Shown piece after piece: positions 54,224 through 63,714 of a stretch of DNA of 64,000 nucleotides. The notes below the pieces were generated by a model. That model did not search any database and was not told where the DNA came from. It saw nothing but the letters and a program-made list of their open reading frames with translations. The number at the start of each line of letters is the position of its first letter. Within the stretch, counting starts at the first letter, position 1. This DNA comes from a virus (taxonomy: Duplodnaviria > Caudoviricetes), in the IMG/VR virus record IMGVR_UViG_3300020202_000072, positions 1,591 through 65,590 of that record. The stretch is one strand, 5' to 3'. The position numbers were made by a program, and so were the translations under genes.

Positions 54224-55432
54224 GTGAGTACCTTGTTCGACGCACACCGGCTGACACTCGAAGAGTCGATCGACCTCACGGCCGCGACTCTTTGCGACTA
54301 CGGTACGCGCTACGACGTGTGGGTCTTCGCCTGGTCAGGCGGAAAGGACTCGACGACCTGCCTCACGCTCGCGCTCCACCTGATCGAAAGCGGCCGCGTC
54401 CCGGCCCCGAAGAAGATCATCGTCCTGTACGCCGACACCCGGCAGGAGATCCTTCCGCTGTGGTTCTGTGCCTCGCACATTCGCGAAGCCCTGGCCGATC
54501 GTGACATCGAGTCCCGCGTCGTCATGGCCCCGCTCGACAAGCGGATGTGGGTCTACATCCTTGGTCGCGGCGTGCCCCCGCCGAACAACAACACGCTCCG
54601 GTATTGCACCCGGCAGATCAAGATCGAGCCGATGGCACGGCACGTCGAGGACCTGGCCCGCGAGCACAACTGCAAGGTGCTGGTTCTCACCGGCGTCCGT
54701 CTCGGCGAGTCCGCGGCACGCGACAACCGGATCGCTCTCGCCTGCACCACGAACGGGGCGGAGTGCGGACAGGGCCATTTCCACCAGTCGCTCGAGGGCG
54801 CGCTCGCCGACACGCTGGCCCCGATCGTCCACTGGCGAGTCTGCCACGTCTGGGCCTGGCTGAACAACTACGCCCCGGATTATCGCTTCGGCGAGTGGCC
54901 GACGCGGACGCTGGCCGAGGCCTACGGAGGGCAGGGCGGGAACGAAGAGCAGGAGATCAACGCCCGCACGGGCTGCGTCTGTTGTCCACTGGCCGCCCGC
55001 GACACGGCCCTCGACGCCGTGATCGCGAATCCACGCTGGGCCTACCTAGAACCGCTGAAGCGGATCCGCGACCTGTATGAGTGGCTGCGGGTCCCGGCCC
55101 AGAGGCTTCGGAAGGCCGGAGGGGAGCGCCGCAAGGACGGGAAGCTCGCGAGCAATCAGCAGCGGATGGGACCGCTGACGTTCAGCGCACGCAGCGAAGG
55201 ACTGCACCGACTCCTGAGCATCCAGGAGGAAGTGAACGCCGAAGCCCGGCGGCTCGGCCGCCCGGCCGTGGATCACCTGAACCACGAAGAGACGGCCCGC
55301 GTTCTGGAGCTGATCGCGAACCGCACCTGGCCGGACGGGTGGGACGGGACCGAGCCGACGGCCGACACGATGCTGCCCACGCACTACGGAGACGGATCGG
55401 TGATGAACCTGTTGTTTGGAGAGCCGGAATGA
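54224..55432 (+). CDS. PAPS-reductase family, DndC-like protein
   Basis: SGGKDS PP-loop, DT..E, W..ILGRG.P.P, R.CT..IKI.P, GVR..ES..R, RTGC..C. Confidence 0.85.
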   Translation: MSTLFDAHRLTLEESIDLTAATLCDYGTRYDVWVFAWSGGKDSTTCLTLALHLIESGRVPAPKKIIVLYADTRQEILPLWFCASHIREALADRDIESRVVMAPLDKRMWVYILGRGVPPPNNNTLRYCTRQIKIEPMARHVEDLAREHNCKVLVLTGVRLGESAARDNRIALACTTNGAECGQGHFHQSLEGALADTLAPIVHWRVCHVWAWLNNYAPDYRFGEWPTRTLAEAYGGQGGNEEQEINARTGCVCCPLAARDTALDAVIANPRWAYLEPLKRIRDLYEWLRVPAQRLRKAGGERRKDGKLASNQQRMGPLTFSARSEGLHRLLSIQEEVNAEARRLGRPAVDHLNHEETARVLELIANRTWPDGWDGTEPTADTMLPTHYGDGSVMNLLFGEPE

Positions 55433-57072
55433 GCTTCTTTCTCCCACAAGCGGCGGTCGACCAGCACGTCGCCATTCTCGGCAAGACCGGGAGCGGCAAG
55501 ACATCGACGGGCAAGTTGCTCGTCGAGCACGTCGTCGCCAGCGGTGCCCGCGTCTGCGTCCTGGACCCGATCAAGTCCGACTGGTGGGGTCTCATCTCCA
55601 GCGCCGACGGGAGGCGGGCGGGCTTGCCCTTCGACATCCTCGGCGGGCCACGCGGCCACGTCCCCCTGCACTCGGCGTCAGGCAGGGCCATCGGCGAGAT
55701 CGTGGCCACGGGCCAGCTCCCGCTGTCGATCATTGACATGGCGGACTTCGAACCCGGCGGGCAGGCCAAGTTCTTCGTCGACTTCGCGCCGGCCCTGCTC
55801 CGCAAGATGCGCGGCGTGGTCTACGTGGTCATCGAAGAGGCCCACTTGTTCGCCCCGAAAGAACGCTCCGGCATCGGCGCGGAGAACATGTCGATCCATT
55901 GGGCGAAGACTCTCGCGACGGCCGGCCGATCCAAAGGCCTTCGCTTCATCATTCTTACCCAGCGAACCCAGGCGTTGCACAACGCCGTCCTCGGCAGTTG
56001 TGACACCCTTATCGCCCACCGACTCACCGCGCCGGCCGATCAACTGCCCGTCCTGAAATGGCTCCAGGCCAACGTCAGCCCGGAGGTGGCGAAGGAGATT
56101 TCGGGCTCGCTGGCCTCTCTTCAGAAGGGCGAAGCGTGGATCTGCTCTGGCGAGGCCCAGCTCTTCGAGCGACGGCAGTTCGGTCGGATCAAGACTTACG
56201 ACAATACGGCGACGCCAACGGGCGACGGCAACGCCCACGAGGTCAAGTCGGCCCCGATCAATCAGGACAAGTTGCGATCGATCATCGGCGAGGCCGTGAA
56301 GGAGGCCGAGGCGAACGACCCAAAGCTACTCCGCCGCAAGATCGCCGAGTTGGAGCGGGCTCTCCGCGAGCGGCCGGCGGCCACGAAGGAGGTCGAGAGG
56401 CTCGTCGAGACACCGGCGATTAGGGACGATCAAATCGACATGATGCGCGACGTGGCGGCATCCATCGCACGCTACTGCCAGACCGTGGTCGAGGTCGCCA
56501 ATGGGCTGAAAGACGGCCTCGACCGCGTCGTCCAGTCGCGTCGAGCGGTCCCGGTTAGCAACCAAAGGCCAGCGGTTAGCAACAAACCGGCCCCGGCCAG
56601 CAGGCTATCAGCCCCTTCTAGCAGTCCAGCCGGCGGTCTCACCGGCCCCCAGCAAGCCATCCTCGACACCGTCCTCATGCTCAACACGCGGGGCATCCAG
56701 GCCAGCCGCGACACCGTCGCCCGCTGGCTGGCGATCCACCCCAACGGCGGCAGTTACGGGACCAACCTCGGCTTCCTGCGATCCAACGGCTACCTCGAAG
56801 GCTTCCACCTGACGGAGCTCGGGCTCGCTACGGCCCGCATCTCCATCACCGGGCTCGAAGGCGCCCTCGCGGCCCTGCCCGACGAGCCGAAGCGGAAGAT
56901 CGTCCGCACCGTCGTCGAGCACGGCCAGCCGCTGACCCGCGACGAGCTCGCCGAGAGGCTCGGCATCCACCCAAACGGGGGGAGCTACGGCACGAACCTC
57001 GGCTGGCTCCGGACCATGGGCATCATCACGGAACGCGGGCCGATTGCGGCCACGGAGGGCTTGTTCCGATGA
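55429..57072 (+). CDS. HerA/DUF87-like ATPase with duplicated C-terminal winged-helix motif
   Basis: H.AILGKTGSGKT, IEEAH.FAP, GR..G...I..TQR; two copies of IHPNGGSYGTNLG.LR. Confidence 0.85.
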   Translation: MSFFLPQAAVDQHVAILGKTGSGKTSTGKLLVEHVVASGARVCVLDPIKSDWWGLISSADGRRAGLPFDILGGPRGHVPLHSASGRAIGEIVATGQLPLSIIDMADFEPGGQAKFFVDFAPALLRKMRGVVYVVIEEAHLFAPKERSGIGAENMSIHWAKTLATAGRSKGLRFIILTQRTQALHNAVLGSCDTLIAHRLTAPADQLPVLKWLQANVSPEVAKEISGSLASLQKGEAWICSGEAQLFERRQFGRIKTYDNTATPTGDGNAHEVKSAPINQDKLRSIIGEAVKEAEANDPKLLRRKIAELERALRERPAATKEVERLVETPAIRDDQIDMMRDVAASIARYCQTVVEVANGLKDGLDRVVQSRRAVPVSNQRPAVSNKPAPASRLSAPSSSPAGGLTGPQQAILDTVLMLNTRGIQASRDTVARWLAIHPNGGSYGTNLGFLRSNGYLEGFHLTELGLATARISITGLEGALAALPDEPKRKIVRTVVEHGQPLTRDELAERLGIHPNGGSYGTNLGWLRTMGIITERGPIAATEGLFR

Positions 57073-57896
57073 AAGTCACCGCCCTGGCCCCGTGGTTCGG
57101 CTCGAACCGAATGCTCGCCGAGAACGTCGGCGCCGCCCTCGAAGGCTGCTCCTGGGTGGGCGTGCCGTTCGCCGGCGGGATGTGCGAGTTGGCCTACATC
57201 AAGGCCCGCACGTTGATGGTCAACGATCTGCACGAACTGGTCATCAACCTGGCCAATGTCGTCGCCTGCCCGAAGCGAGGGCCGGCGCTAGTTCGTCGAC
57301 TCCGCCGCGTGCCGTTCCACCCGTGGGCCCTGGAGGTCGCCCAGCGGTGCTGCGCAACCTACGGCCGCCCGCCGGCCGGCGACCCGGAAGCCGCGCTCAA
57401 CTTCGCCGAGGCGTACTTCATCTGCGCCTGGATGGCCCGCAACGGCAAGGCCGGGACGAAGGACGAGTTCAAGGCCGGCATGTCGATCCGCTGGGAGGCG
57501 GGCGGTGGTGATTCGGCGAAGCGCTTCCGGTCGGCGACCGAATCCCTGAGCGACTGGAGGAAGGTCCTCTCGCGGGCGACCTTTAGCACCGAGACGTTCA
57601 GCTTGTTCCTGAAGAAGTGCAAGGACGCCGACGGGCACGGCCTCTACTGCGACCCACCCTTTCCCGGTCCCGGGGACGCCTACTTCCACACCTTCGCCAA
57701 CGGCGAGCACGGGTTGCTGGCCCGCGCGCTCGCGGCCTACCAGAAGACGCGGGTGGTCTGCCGGTTCTACGACACGCCGCTCATCCGCGAGTTGTACCCG
57801 GAATCGCTCTGGCAATGGAACCACTTGAAGGGGCGCGACCAGGTCAACGCGGAGAAGGCCGAGGTCCTGCTGGTCCGGAATAGGGAGGTCGGTTGA
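57069..57896 (+). CDS. DNA adenine methyltransferase (Dam/D12-like)
   Basis: PWFGS, PFAGG, VNDL...INL, YCDPPF, EVLL.RN. Confidence 0.8.
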   Translation: MKVTALAPWFGSNRMLAENVGAALEGCSWVGVPFAGGMCELAYIKARTLMVNDLHELVINLANVVACPKRGPALVRRLRRVPFHPWALEVAQRCCATYGRPPAGDPEAALNFAEAYFICAWMARNGKAGTKDEFKAGMSIRWEAGGGDSAKRFRSATESLSDWRKVLSRATFSTETFSLFLKKCKDADGHGLYCDPPFPGPGDAYFHTFANGEHGLLARALAAYQKTRVVCRFYDTPLIRELYPESLWQWNHLKGRDQVNAEKAEVLLVRNREVG

Positions 57897-57897
57897 G

Positions 57898-58683
57898 ATG
57901 GCTCGCGCTCGCAACATCAAGCCCGGGATCTTCAAGAACGAGGTCCTCGGCACGCACGATCCGCTCCTGACCCTCCTCTTCGAGGGCTTGTGGATGCTCG
58001 CGGACCGCGAGGGACGCCTCGAAGACCGACCGCTGCGCATCAAGGCGGAAGTCTTCCCGTACCGCGACGGCGTCGACATCAACGCGATGCTCGACTGGCT
58101 CGCCGACAACGGCTTCATCGCCCGGTACGACGTGCGTGGATGTAAGTGCATCGAGGTCATCGAGTTCCTCAAACACCAGAAGCCCCACCAAAACGAACCT
58201 CCGAGTGAACTACCGGCGCGCCCTGGCACTACCAAAGGTCGAAGGACTTCGACCAATGGTGCAAGTCCTTCGACCAATGGTGAAAGCACTTCCGAGAATG
58301 GCGCACGCACTCGCGCTGATTTACTGATTGCTGATTGCCTCTTGATTGATTCCCTCTTGATTGAATCCCCATTCCTTGAATCCCTCAACACCGAACGGTT
58401 CCGTTCGGTCTGGGCCCGCTGGGTCGAGCATCGGAAGCAGATCAGGCACCCGCTCACGAAAACGCAAGCCGAGGGACAGCTCAAGAAGCTCGCGAAGGAA
58501 GGCGAGCCCGCTGCCTGCGATCGCGTCGAGCGGAGCATCGTCAACGGCTGGCGAGGTCTCTGGTTCACGGACGAAGGCGCCAAGAACGGATCACCCAAGA
58601 CGCATCGGTCCGACCAGGCGGCGACGGTCGCACGCCAGGCCGAGGAAGCGATGCGCGAACGCAAGGAGGCATCCCATGGCTAG
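57898..58683 (+). CDS. Replication initiator / replisome organiser
   Basis: MARARNIKPG.F.NE, LLF.GLW..ADREGR, F.KHQ.P, W..W.E.R, SI.NGW.GL; internal repeats. Confidence 0.85.
   Translation: MARARNIKPGIFKNEVLGTHDPLLTLLFEGLWMLADREGRLEDRPLRIKAEVFPYRDGVDINAMLDWLADNGFIARYDVRGCKCIEVIEFLKHQKPHQNEPPSELPARPGTTKGRRTSTNGASPSTNGESTSENGARTRADLLIADCLLIDSLLIESPFLESLNTERFRSVWARWVEHRKQIRHPLTKTQAEGQLKKLAKEGEPAACDRVERSIVNGWRGLWFTDEGAKNGSPKTHRSDQAATVARQAEEAMRERKEASHG
58228..58390 (+). repeat. Iterons and AT-rich repeats of the putative replication origin
   Basis: 21-nt period CTTCGACCAATGGTG x2 plus degenerate copies, then CTCTTGATTGA x2 and TGATTG repeats. Confidence 0.7.
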
Positions 58684-59197
58684 CTCCCTGAGACCCGCGA
58701 GTGAGGCGTCGCTCAACGCTGTCAAGAAGCTCAACGAGTACACCGAAAACCCGTTCCGGTGCCTCGACGACGACTGGATCCCGATCGTCCTCGCGTTCAT
58801 CCAGGCCAAGGGCAAGCTGGTCGAGTCGCCGACCAAGTTCTGCATGACGGTCGCGATCCAGCAGCGCAAGGGCCTCACCCTGACCGGGCTCAAGGCCGTG
58901 CTGGGCCGCCTCACCGACGCGGAGGTCGCCGCCACGCACAACTACGACAACCAGCTTTACGCCGACTTCCACGGGCTCTGCGCCCACGCGATCAGGAACC
59001 AAAGGCGAATCAACGAGAAACGGGCCCGGGAGGAGGCCGAGCAGAACCGCGAAAGCGCCGCGGCCGTGATCCTCAAGCTGGCCGACGCGACCAAGGTCCC
59101 GGTCGACCCGTTGCCCGCCGCGAGCGACTGCCAGCGACACCCCCACGGCCGCGGCGAGGTCGAGAAGGCCGCGGCCAGGAAGGAGCAACGGGCATGA
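58676..59197 (+). CDS. Hypothetical protein (helicase-loader position)
   Basis: Directly after the initiator gene. Confidence 0.55.
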   Translation: MASSLRPASEASLNAVKKLNEYTENPFRCLDDDWIPIVLAFIQAKGKLVESPTKFCMTVAIQQRKGLTLTGLKAVLGRLTDAEVAATHNYDNQLYADFHGLCAHAIRNQRRINEKRAREEAEQNRESAAAVILKLADATKVPVDPLPAASDCQRHPHGRGEVEKAAARKEQRA

Positions 59198-59478
59198 ACG
59201 AATCCTACCAGGACAGGCTCTTCGGCGAGTTCAGCGACGCCATCAACGCCGCCGCGATGCGTGAGCTCGACCGGCACGCGCTGACCAGGCAAGAGCGCCG
59301 AACCGCGATGGTCCAGATGGGCAAGGCGATGATCCTGCTCGGCTCCAGCATGGTCGGCAACGCGGCCGGGCCGGTCCCGATCCCGTTCGACGTCACGGCG
59401 AAGATGGTCGAGAGCTACATGGACATCTGGCGCGAGGTCATCACCCAGGCGGTCGAGTCGGCGAGGGCGAAGTCATGA
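59194..59478 (+). CDS. Hypothetical protein
   Basis: ATGA coupling. Confidence 0.5.
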   Translation: MNESYQDRLFGEFSDAINAAAMRELDRHALTRQERRTAMVQMGKAMILLGSSMVGNAAGPVPIPFDVTAKMVESYMDIWREVITQAVESARAKS

Positions 59479-59696
59479 CCGGATTCTTTTTGGACGACGC
59501 TCGCTATGAGCGCCTTCAACAACTCCAACGACAGGCGAAACAGCTCGCCGAAATCGACGAGCGCCTTGAGCGTATCGAGCGTGCCGATCGGAGCCTTCGA
59601 GAGACCATGATGGTCGTGCTTCGCTGTGACCTGCGAGCGATGGCGGAGCGGGTGCATGAGGAGTGTGCGGAGCTGAGAGCGAGGAAGCACCCATGA
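59475..59696 (+). CDS. Hypothetical coiled-coil protein
   Basis: ATGA coupling. Confidence 0.45.
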   Translation: MTGFFLDDARYERLQQLQRQAKQLAEIDERLERIERADRSLRETMMVVLRCDLRAMAERVHEECAELRARKHP

Positions 59697-60070
59697 ACAC
59701 GCTCTTCGACGACCCGCCCGACACGGCCCCGGCCCCGCCCGCCGAGTCCGAAGAGGCCAAGAAGGCCAGGGGCCGGGCCATCGCCGCCGACACCCACGCC
59801 TCGGCCCTCGCCTGGCTCCGCGCGGCCATCCGGCTCAAGTGGCAGGAGCTGCACCGGACGGGAGTCCGCGACTACGTGACCGCCGACGATGCGCGAATCC
59901 TGCTGGAGATCGGCATCGGCAACGGGTGCCTCGAACGCCCGTCGAACATGAACTGGATGGGCAGCTTGTTCGCCGGCAAGGAGTGGGAGTTCACCGGCCA
60001 TTACATCAAGTCCGAGACGCCCGGCAGTCACCGCAACGAGCTGAAGTGCTGGCGCTGGGTGGGGGAGTGA
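59693..60070 (+). CDS. Conserved phage hypothetical protein
   Basis: VTADD.R, N..GS.F....W..TG...S.....H......W. Confidence 0.6.
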   Translation: MNTLFDDPPDTAPAPPAESEEAKKARGRAIAADTHASALAWLRAAIRLKWQELHRTGVRDYVTADDARILLEIGIGNGCLERPSNMNWMGSLFAGKEWEFTGHYIKSETPGSHRNELKCWRWVGE

Positions 60071-60074
60071 TTTC

Positions 60075-60305
60075 ATGAGCGACCGCATCGTCGTCGAGAA
60101 ACTACCGGGCTGGTGCCCGATCGAGATTCCGGCGGTCGACCCGGAAGCTACGAAACAGCCGTGCGCGAAGTGCGGTCTCCGACCAGGCTCCGCTTCCTTC
60201 TGCGACGTCGGCGGTCGCTGCATCTGCCGGGAGTGCTTCTGGCGATGGGACTGGTCCGAAGGGCACGTCCCGGACGGGTGGGTAGTCGACGGGTTGGGGA
60301 TCTGA
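60075..60305 (+). CDS. Small Zn-finger protein
   Basis: CAKC...CREC. Confidence 0.45.
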   Translation: MSDRIVVEKLPGWCPIEIPAVDPEATKQPCAKCGLRPGSASFCDVGGRCICRECFWRWDWSEGHVPDGWVVDGLGI

Positions 60306-60348
60306 GGCTCAACGGTCCACAGGCAAGCGACTGGGAGAGCGACACGAC

Positions 60349-60837
60349 ATGGTCGAACAAGTACTGAACCTGATCGGCGTCTACCGCCCCGCGGCGTCGC
60401 CGCCCGAGCGCATGAAGGCCCTCCGCCTGACGGGCGGCTCGCCCTACCGGTACCACACGCTCATCCTCGTCGAGGTGCCGGGCGTCCGGGCCGGCGACGA
60501 GCTCCACATCGACGCCGATTTCCAGGTCACCACGGAGCTGCCCTACGTGGTGATGGTCGCCTGCGGCGTCGCCATCGGCGAGGCCGAGGACGGCTTCCGC
60601 CAGCCGACCCGCGACCGGTTCATCCTGCCGCGCAACGGCACGAACATCGGTCGGTCCACGCACCACTACTGCCGGTCCCGGTCGGGCTGGTGGACGGCCG
60701 ACCGCGACTACGAGCGGCTGTACGTCGGCCTATGCGTCTACACCGCCTCGACCGCGTACAAGTCGGGAGACGCGTTGAAGGTCGACACCGGCTACGGGTC
60801 GATGGCCGTGGCCGTGTACCGCAAGGGAGGGGAGTGA
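60349..60837 (+). CDS. Hypothetical beta-rich protein
   Basis: ORF with GC3-rich codons. Confidence 0.55.
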   Translation: MVEQVLNLIGVYRPAASPPERMKALRLTGGSPYRYHTLILVEVPGVRAGDELHIDADFQVTTELPYVVMVACGVAIGEAEDGFRQPTRDRFILPRNGTNIGRSTHHYCRSRSGWWTADRDYERLYVGLCVYTASTAYKSGDALKVDTGYGSMAVAVYRKGGE

Positions 60838-60839
60838 CC

Positions 60840-61355
60840 ATGCTCCTTCGGGACAACCGCGAAGCCGTCGCCGAACTGTTGTGGCTGGCCAACTCGGCCC
60901 CGCCGCCGGCCTTCCGCCGCGAGTTCTACGTGATGAAGGACAAGATCCTCGCCGAACACGGACGCAAGGTCGGGGAGGACCTGCAGCGCATCGACCGCCC
61001 GTGCTGGGGATGCAACGGCACGGGGCAGGGCTTCGACGACTTGAACGACTGCTACCGCTGCGACGGCTCCGGTGTCTTCGAGACCGTTTACGTCCGCCTC
61101 GAGCGATGGAACCTCGCCGAGCGGATCTTTCACAGGCCCGCGGGCCGACTCTTCGCGAGCCAGGTCGCCGAGCAGGGTCTGACACCGAACATCCAAGGTC
61201 GCATCGTACACAAGGCCGTCGACCCGGCGGACGCCCTGGAGGCCTGCCTCCTGCTGGCGGTGATGTTCGACCGCAAGCTCCTGGAGCAGCTCGCTCCAGA
61301 GGAAACGTACACGCGCGTGTTGAATTGGTATTGTCCTGACCCGATCTGCACCTGA
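60840..61355 (+). CDS. Hypothetical protein with DnaJ-type Zn finger
   Basis: CWGCNGTG...CYRCDGSG. Confidence 0.6.
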   Translation: MLLRDNREAVAELLWLANSAPPPAFRREFYVMKDKILAEHGRKVGEDLQRIDRPCWGCNGTGQGFDDLNDCYRCDGSGVFETVYVRLERWNLAERIFHRPAGRLFASQVAEQGLTPNIQGRIVHKAVDPADALEACLLLAVMFDRKLLEQLAPEETYTRVLNWYCPDPICT

Positions 61356-61370
61356 ACCCTGGAGACCCAC

Positions 61371-62321
61371 ATGGCGACGAAGACGAAGGCGAAACCCAAG
61401 TCCAAGAAGCGGGCGAAGGCCAACAAGCCCAAGCTCCGCGGCGGCAACAGCGACAAGGCCGCCGACGAGCCGCTGATTCAGGTCCCGGAATCGACTGCCG
61501 AGCAGCCGAGCCTTGAGCAGTGGAAGGCCTCCGCACCGGAAGGGCAGGAAGCCCTTCCCGCGGAAGGCGACAGCCAGGTCCGTGAGATCCTCGACCCGTC
61601 GAAGGCTTACGACTCGCCCGAGGCCCTCGCGATCTGGGACGCGGAGACCGCCAGCGAGGCCGAGCAGCGACGCCGCAAGCGGGCCGAGCTCTGGGAGAAG
61701 GAAGACGCCAGCAAGGCCGCCCACAAGGCCGACAAGGCTGCCGCCGAAGAGTACGAGAAGCAGTTCTTCGACTGGCTCCGCGAGCGAAACGAGCAACGCG
61801 GCAAGCCGCCGCAACCGAAGCAGGGGACCATCCCCTACCCGGATCCAGAGGCCAAGGTCGACCCGCCCGACCTGCCCCTCGCCCCAGCCGAGAACGACGA
61901 GCGATGGAAGGCGATCCCGCTGACCGAGCTGGTCGAGAAGGACGGCTTCCCCGCCTACCTGGTCGAGAAGCTGGCCAACGCGACCCGCAAGGACGATCGG
62001 CCCCAGGCTCCCATCACCACGCTCGGCGAGCTGACCCAGTTCCAGGAGCCCGAGGGCAACGGCTACCAGAAGAAGCTCACTGACCTGGTCGGCATCGGCC
62101 CCGGCGCCGCGGAGAAGATCGCCAACGCGTGCATGGCCTTCTGGGACCGCTGGGCCAAGGAAGAAGCCGCCCGCCGGCTCGAGGCCAAGCCCGCCCCGGC
62201 GGGGGAGCTGGTCGACGCCGAGTTCGAGGTGATCCCCGACGAGGGCGAGGACGACGAGGTCGAGGAGCCGGATGACGACCTGGACGACATCGACGAGGAC
62301 GAGGCCGATGACGACGAGTGA
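61371..62321 (+). CDS. Charged protein with RNAP alpha-CTD/HhH-like domain and acidic tail
   Basis: IPLTEL...LVEKL...ITTLGEL...LTDLVGIGPGAAEKI; D/E-rich end; basic N-terminus. Confidence 0.6.
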   Translation: MATKTKAKPKSKKRAKANKPKLRGGNSDKAADEPLIQVPESTAEQPSLEQWKASAPEGQEALPAEGDSQVREILDPSKAYDSPEALAIWDAETASEAEQRRRKRAELWEKEDASKAAHKADKAAAEEYEKQFFDWLRERNEQRGKPPQPKQGTIPYPDPEAKVDPPDLPLAPAENDERWKAIPLTELVEKDGFPAYLVEKLANATRKDDRPQAPITTLGELTQFQEPEGNGYQKKLTDLVGIGPGAAEKIANACMAFWDRWAKEEAARRLEAKPAPAGELVDAEFEVIPDEGEDDEVEEPDDDLDDIDEDEADDDE

Positions 62322-62392
62322 GGTGAGTAGCCCGATTCGGCCTCGCTCACGGTGAGCGAGGCCGACTTCCGCAAAGCACAGGGAGACTAATC

Positions 62393-62743
62393 GTGGGGAT
62401 CGAACTGGGAAAGGCATATCGGCTGAAGTACATGCCGCACGCGATCATGGTCGTGCGTGAACTAAGGGACGTCCGAGGCGTGCTCTGTACTGCCATCGGA
62501 ACCCTATACAGCACGCGGGGCGGGACACGGCTGGAGTCGCTGAGCCAGCCGCACGAGCTTATCGTCGAGGAGATCGGCGACGAGTACGTGCAACCCGAGG
62601 GGGGCACCGACCAGGTGCTCGCGGCACTCCAGGAGGCAAAGGAACTCGCCGTCGCTGAGAGCAACTTCGATCTGGCCGCGTCAATCCGCGACTTCGCCGA
62701 CAAGGTGAAGGCCAAACGACGAGCCGAGAAGCAAGGGAGCTGA
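62393..62743 (+). CDS. Hypothetical protein with UVR (UvrB/C) motif
   Basis: LQEAKELAVAESNFDLAASIRD. Confidence 0.6.
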   Translation: MGIELGKAYRLKYMPHAIMVVRELRDVRGVLCTAIGTLYSTRGGTRLESLSQPHELIVEEIGDEYVQPEGGTDQVLAALQEAKELAVAESNFDLAASIRDFADKVKAKRRAEKQGS

Positions 62744-63345
62744 TGACGACGCCCGTGACGAGTGACGAGGCGGCGTTCATGGCCACGATTCGATCGCGGC
62801 CATTGGACGACGCACCGCGTCTGGTATTTGCCGACTGGCTGGATGACCAAGGGGAGCACGCCCGCGCGGCGTTCATCCGTCGGCAAATCCACAACGCGAA
62901 CCACGACGGCGGGCGAGACTTCGCCAAGGTCGACGTGCGAACAGCCAGGACCGGCTTCGGGAGGCTCCTGGGGATCAAGCCCTGGGAACATGTTCGCGAA
63001 GACCACGTCTCGCCGATGCTGCTCTACACCAGCAGCGGCAGCTACGCGAGGTGCGTCGGCTGGCACCGCGGCTTCCCACTGATCGTCGGTTGCACCACCG
63101 GTCAGTGGGAGGCCTACGGCGACCGCTTCACCGGCCCGATGTTGTACGTCGGCTTCGGGGACTATCAGCCTTGTGAGTGGGGCGACGAGCACTCAGGCAA
63201 CGCGATGAGCCGCTACTACCGGAAGGGCTCGCCCCACGTGGCCCGCTTTGGACCACGTTGCACGCAACTGAGGATGTGGGAGACGCTGGCCCACTACCGC
63301 GAGAAGCGAAAAGAGGCGGCGTTCAGGATGGGGCAGCAGGGTTGA
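62743..63345 (+). CDS. Second TIGR02996 domain protein
   Basis: AFMATIRSRPLDDAPRLVFADWLDDQG...RAAFIR.Q, WHRGF. Confidence 0.85.
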   Translation: MTTPVTSDEAAFMATIRSRPLDDAPRLVFADWLDDQGEHARAAFIRRQIHNANHDGGRDFAKVDVRTARTGFGRLLGIKPWEHVREDHVSPMLLYTSSGSYARCVGWHRGFPLIVGCTTGQWEAYGDRFTGPMLYVGFGDYQPCEWGDEHSGNAMSRYYRKGSPHVARFGPRCTQLRMWETLAHYREKRKEAAFRMGQQG

Positions 63346-63381
63346 CCAGTGACACGAGTCAACTGAAAGACACAAAACCGC

Positions 63382-63711
63382 ATGAAAATAAACCACCCGA
63401 AGAGTAAGTACCACGCCCAACGCCAGAAGATCGATGGCGTGTGGTGGGACTCGAAAGCGGAACACGCCCGCTGGCAGACGCTCTGGCGTCTGCAGCAGGC
63501 GGGCTCCATTCGAGGCCTACGTCGGCAGCACCGGTTTCCGATCAAGATCAACGACGTCCTGATCTGCACCTACGTTGCCGACTTCACCTACTTCAAGGCA
63601 CCGCGGTGGGAGTTCGTCGTCGAGGACGTGAAGGGCTTCCCCACGCCCGTCTACAAGCTCAAGCGGCTCCTGATGGAAGCCGTGTGGAAGATCGTCATCC
63701 GAGAGGTCTGA
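63382..63711 (+). CDS. DUF1064 family nuclease
   Basis: SKY.A....IDG..WDSKAE...W..L, Y.ADF.Y, VVEDVKG..T.VY.LK..L. Confidence 0.9.
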   Translation: MKINHPKSKYHAQRQKIDGVWWDSKAEHARWQTLWRLQQAGSIRGLRRQHRFPIKINDVLICTYVADFTYFKAPRWEFVVEDVKGFPTPVYKLKRLLMEAVWKIVIREV

Positions 63712-63714
63712 GTC

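Noticed and set aside
54224-55432. CysH sulfur-assimilation auxiliary gene, or a complete Dnd system
   Set aside because: Motifs are DndC-like and the context is DNA modification; no other dnd or cys genes seen
58228-58390. CRISPR array
   Set aside because: Short in-frame repeats without unique spacers inside the initiator gene; they fit iterons. No cas genes or arrays seen in the window
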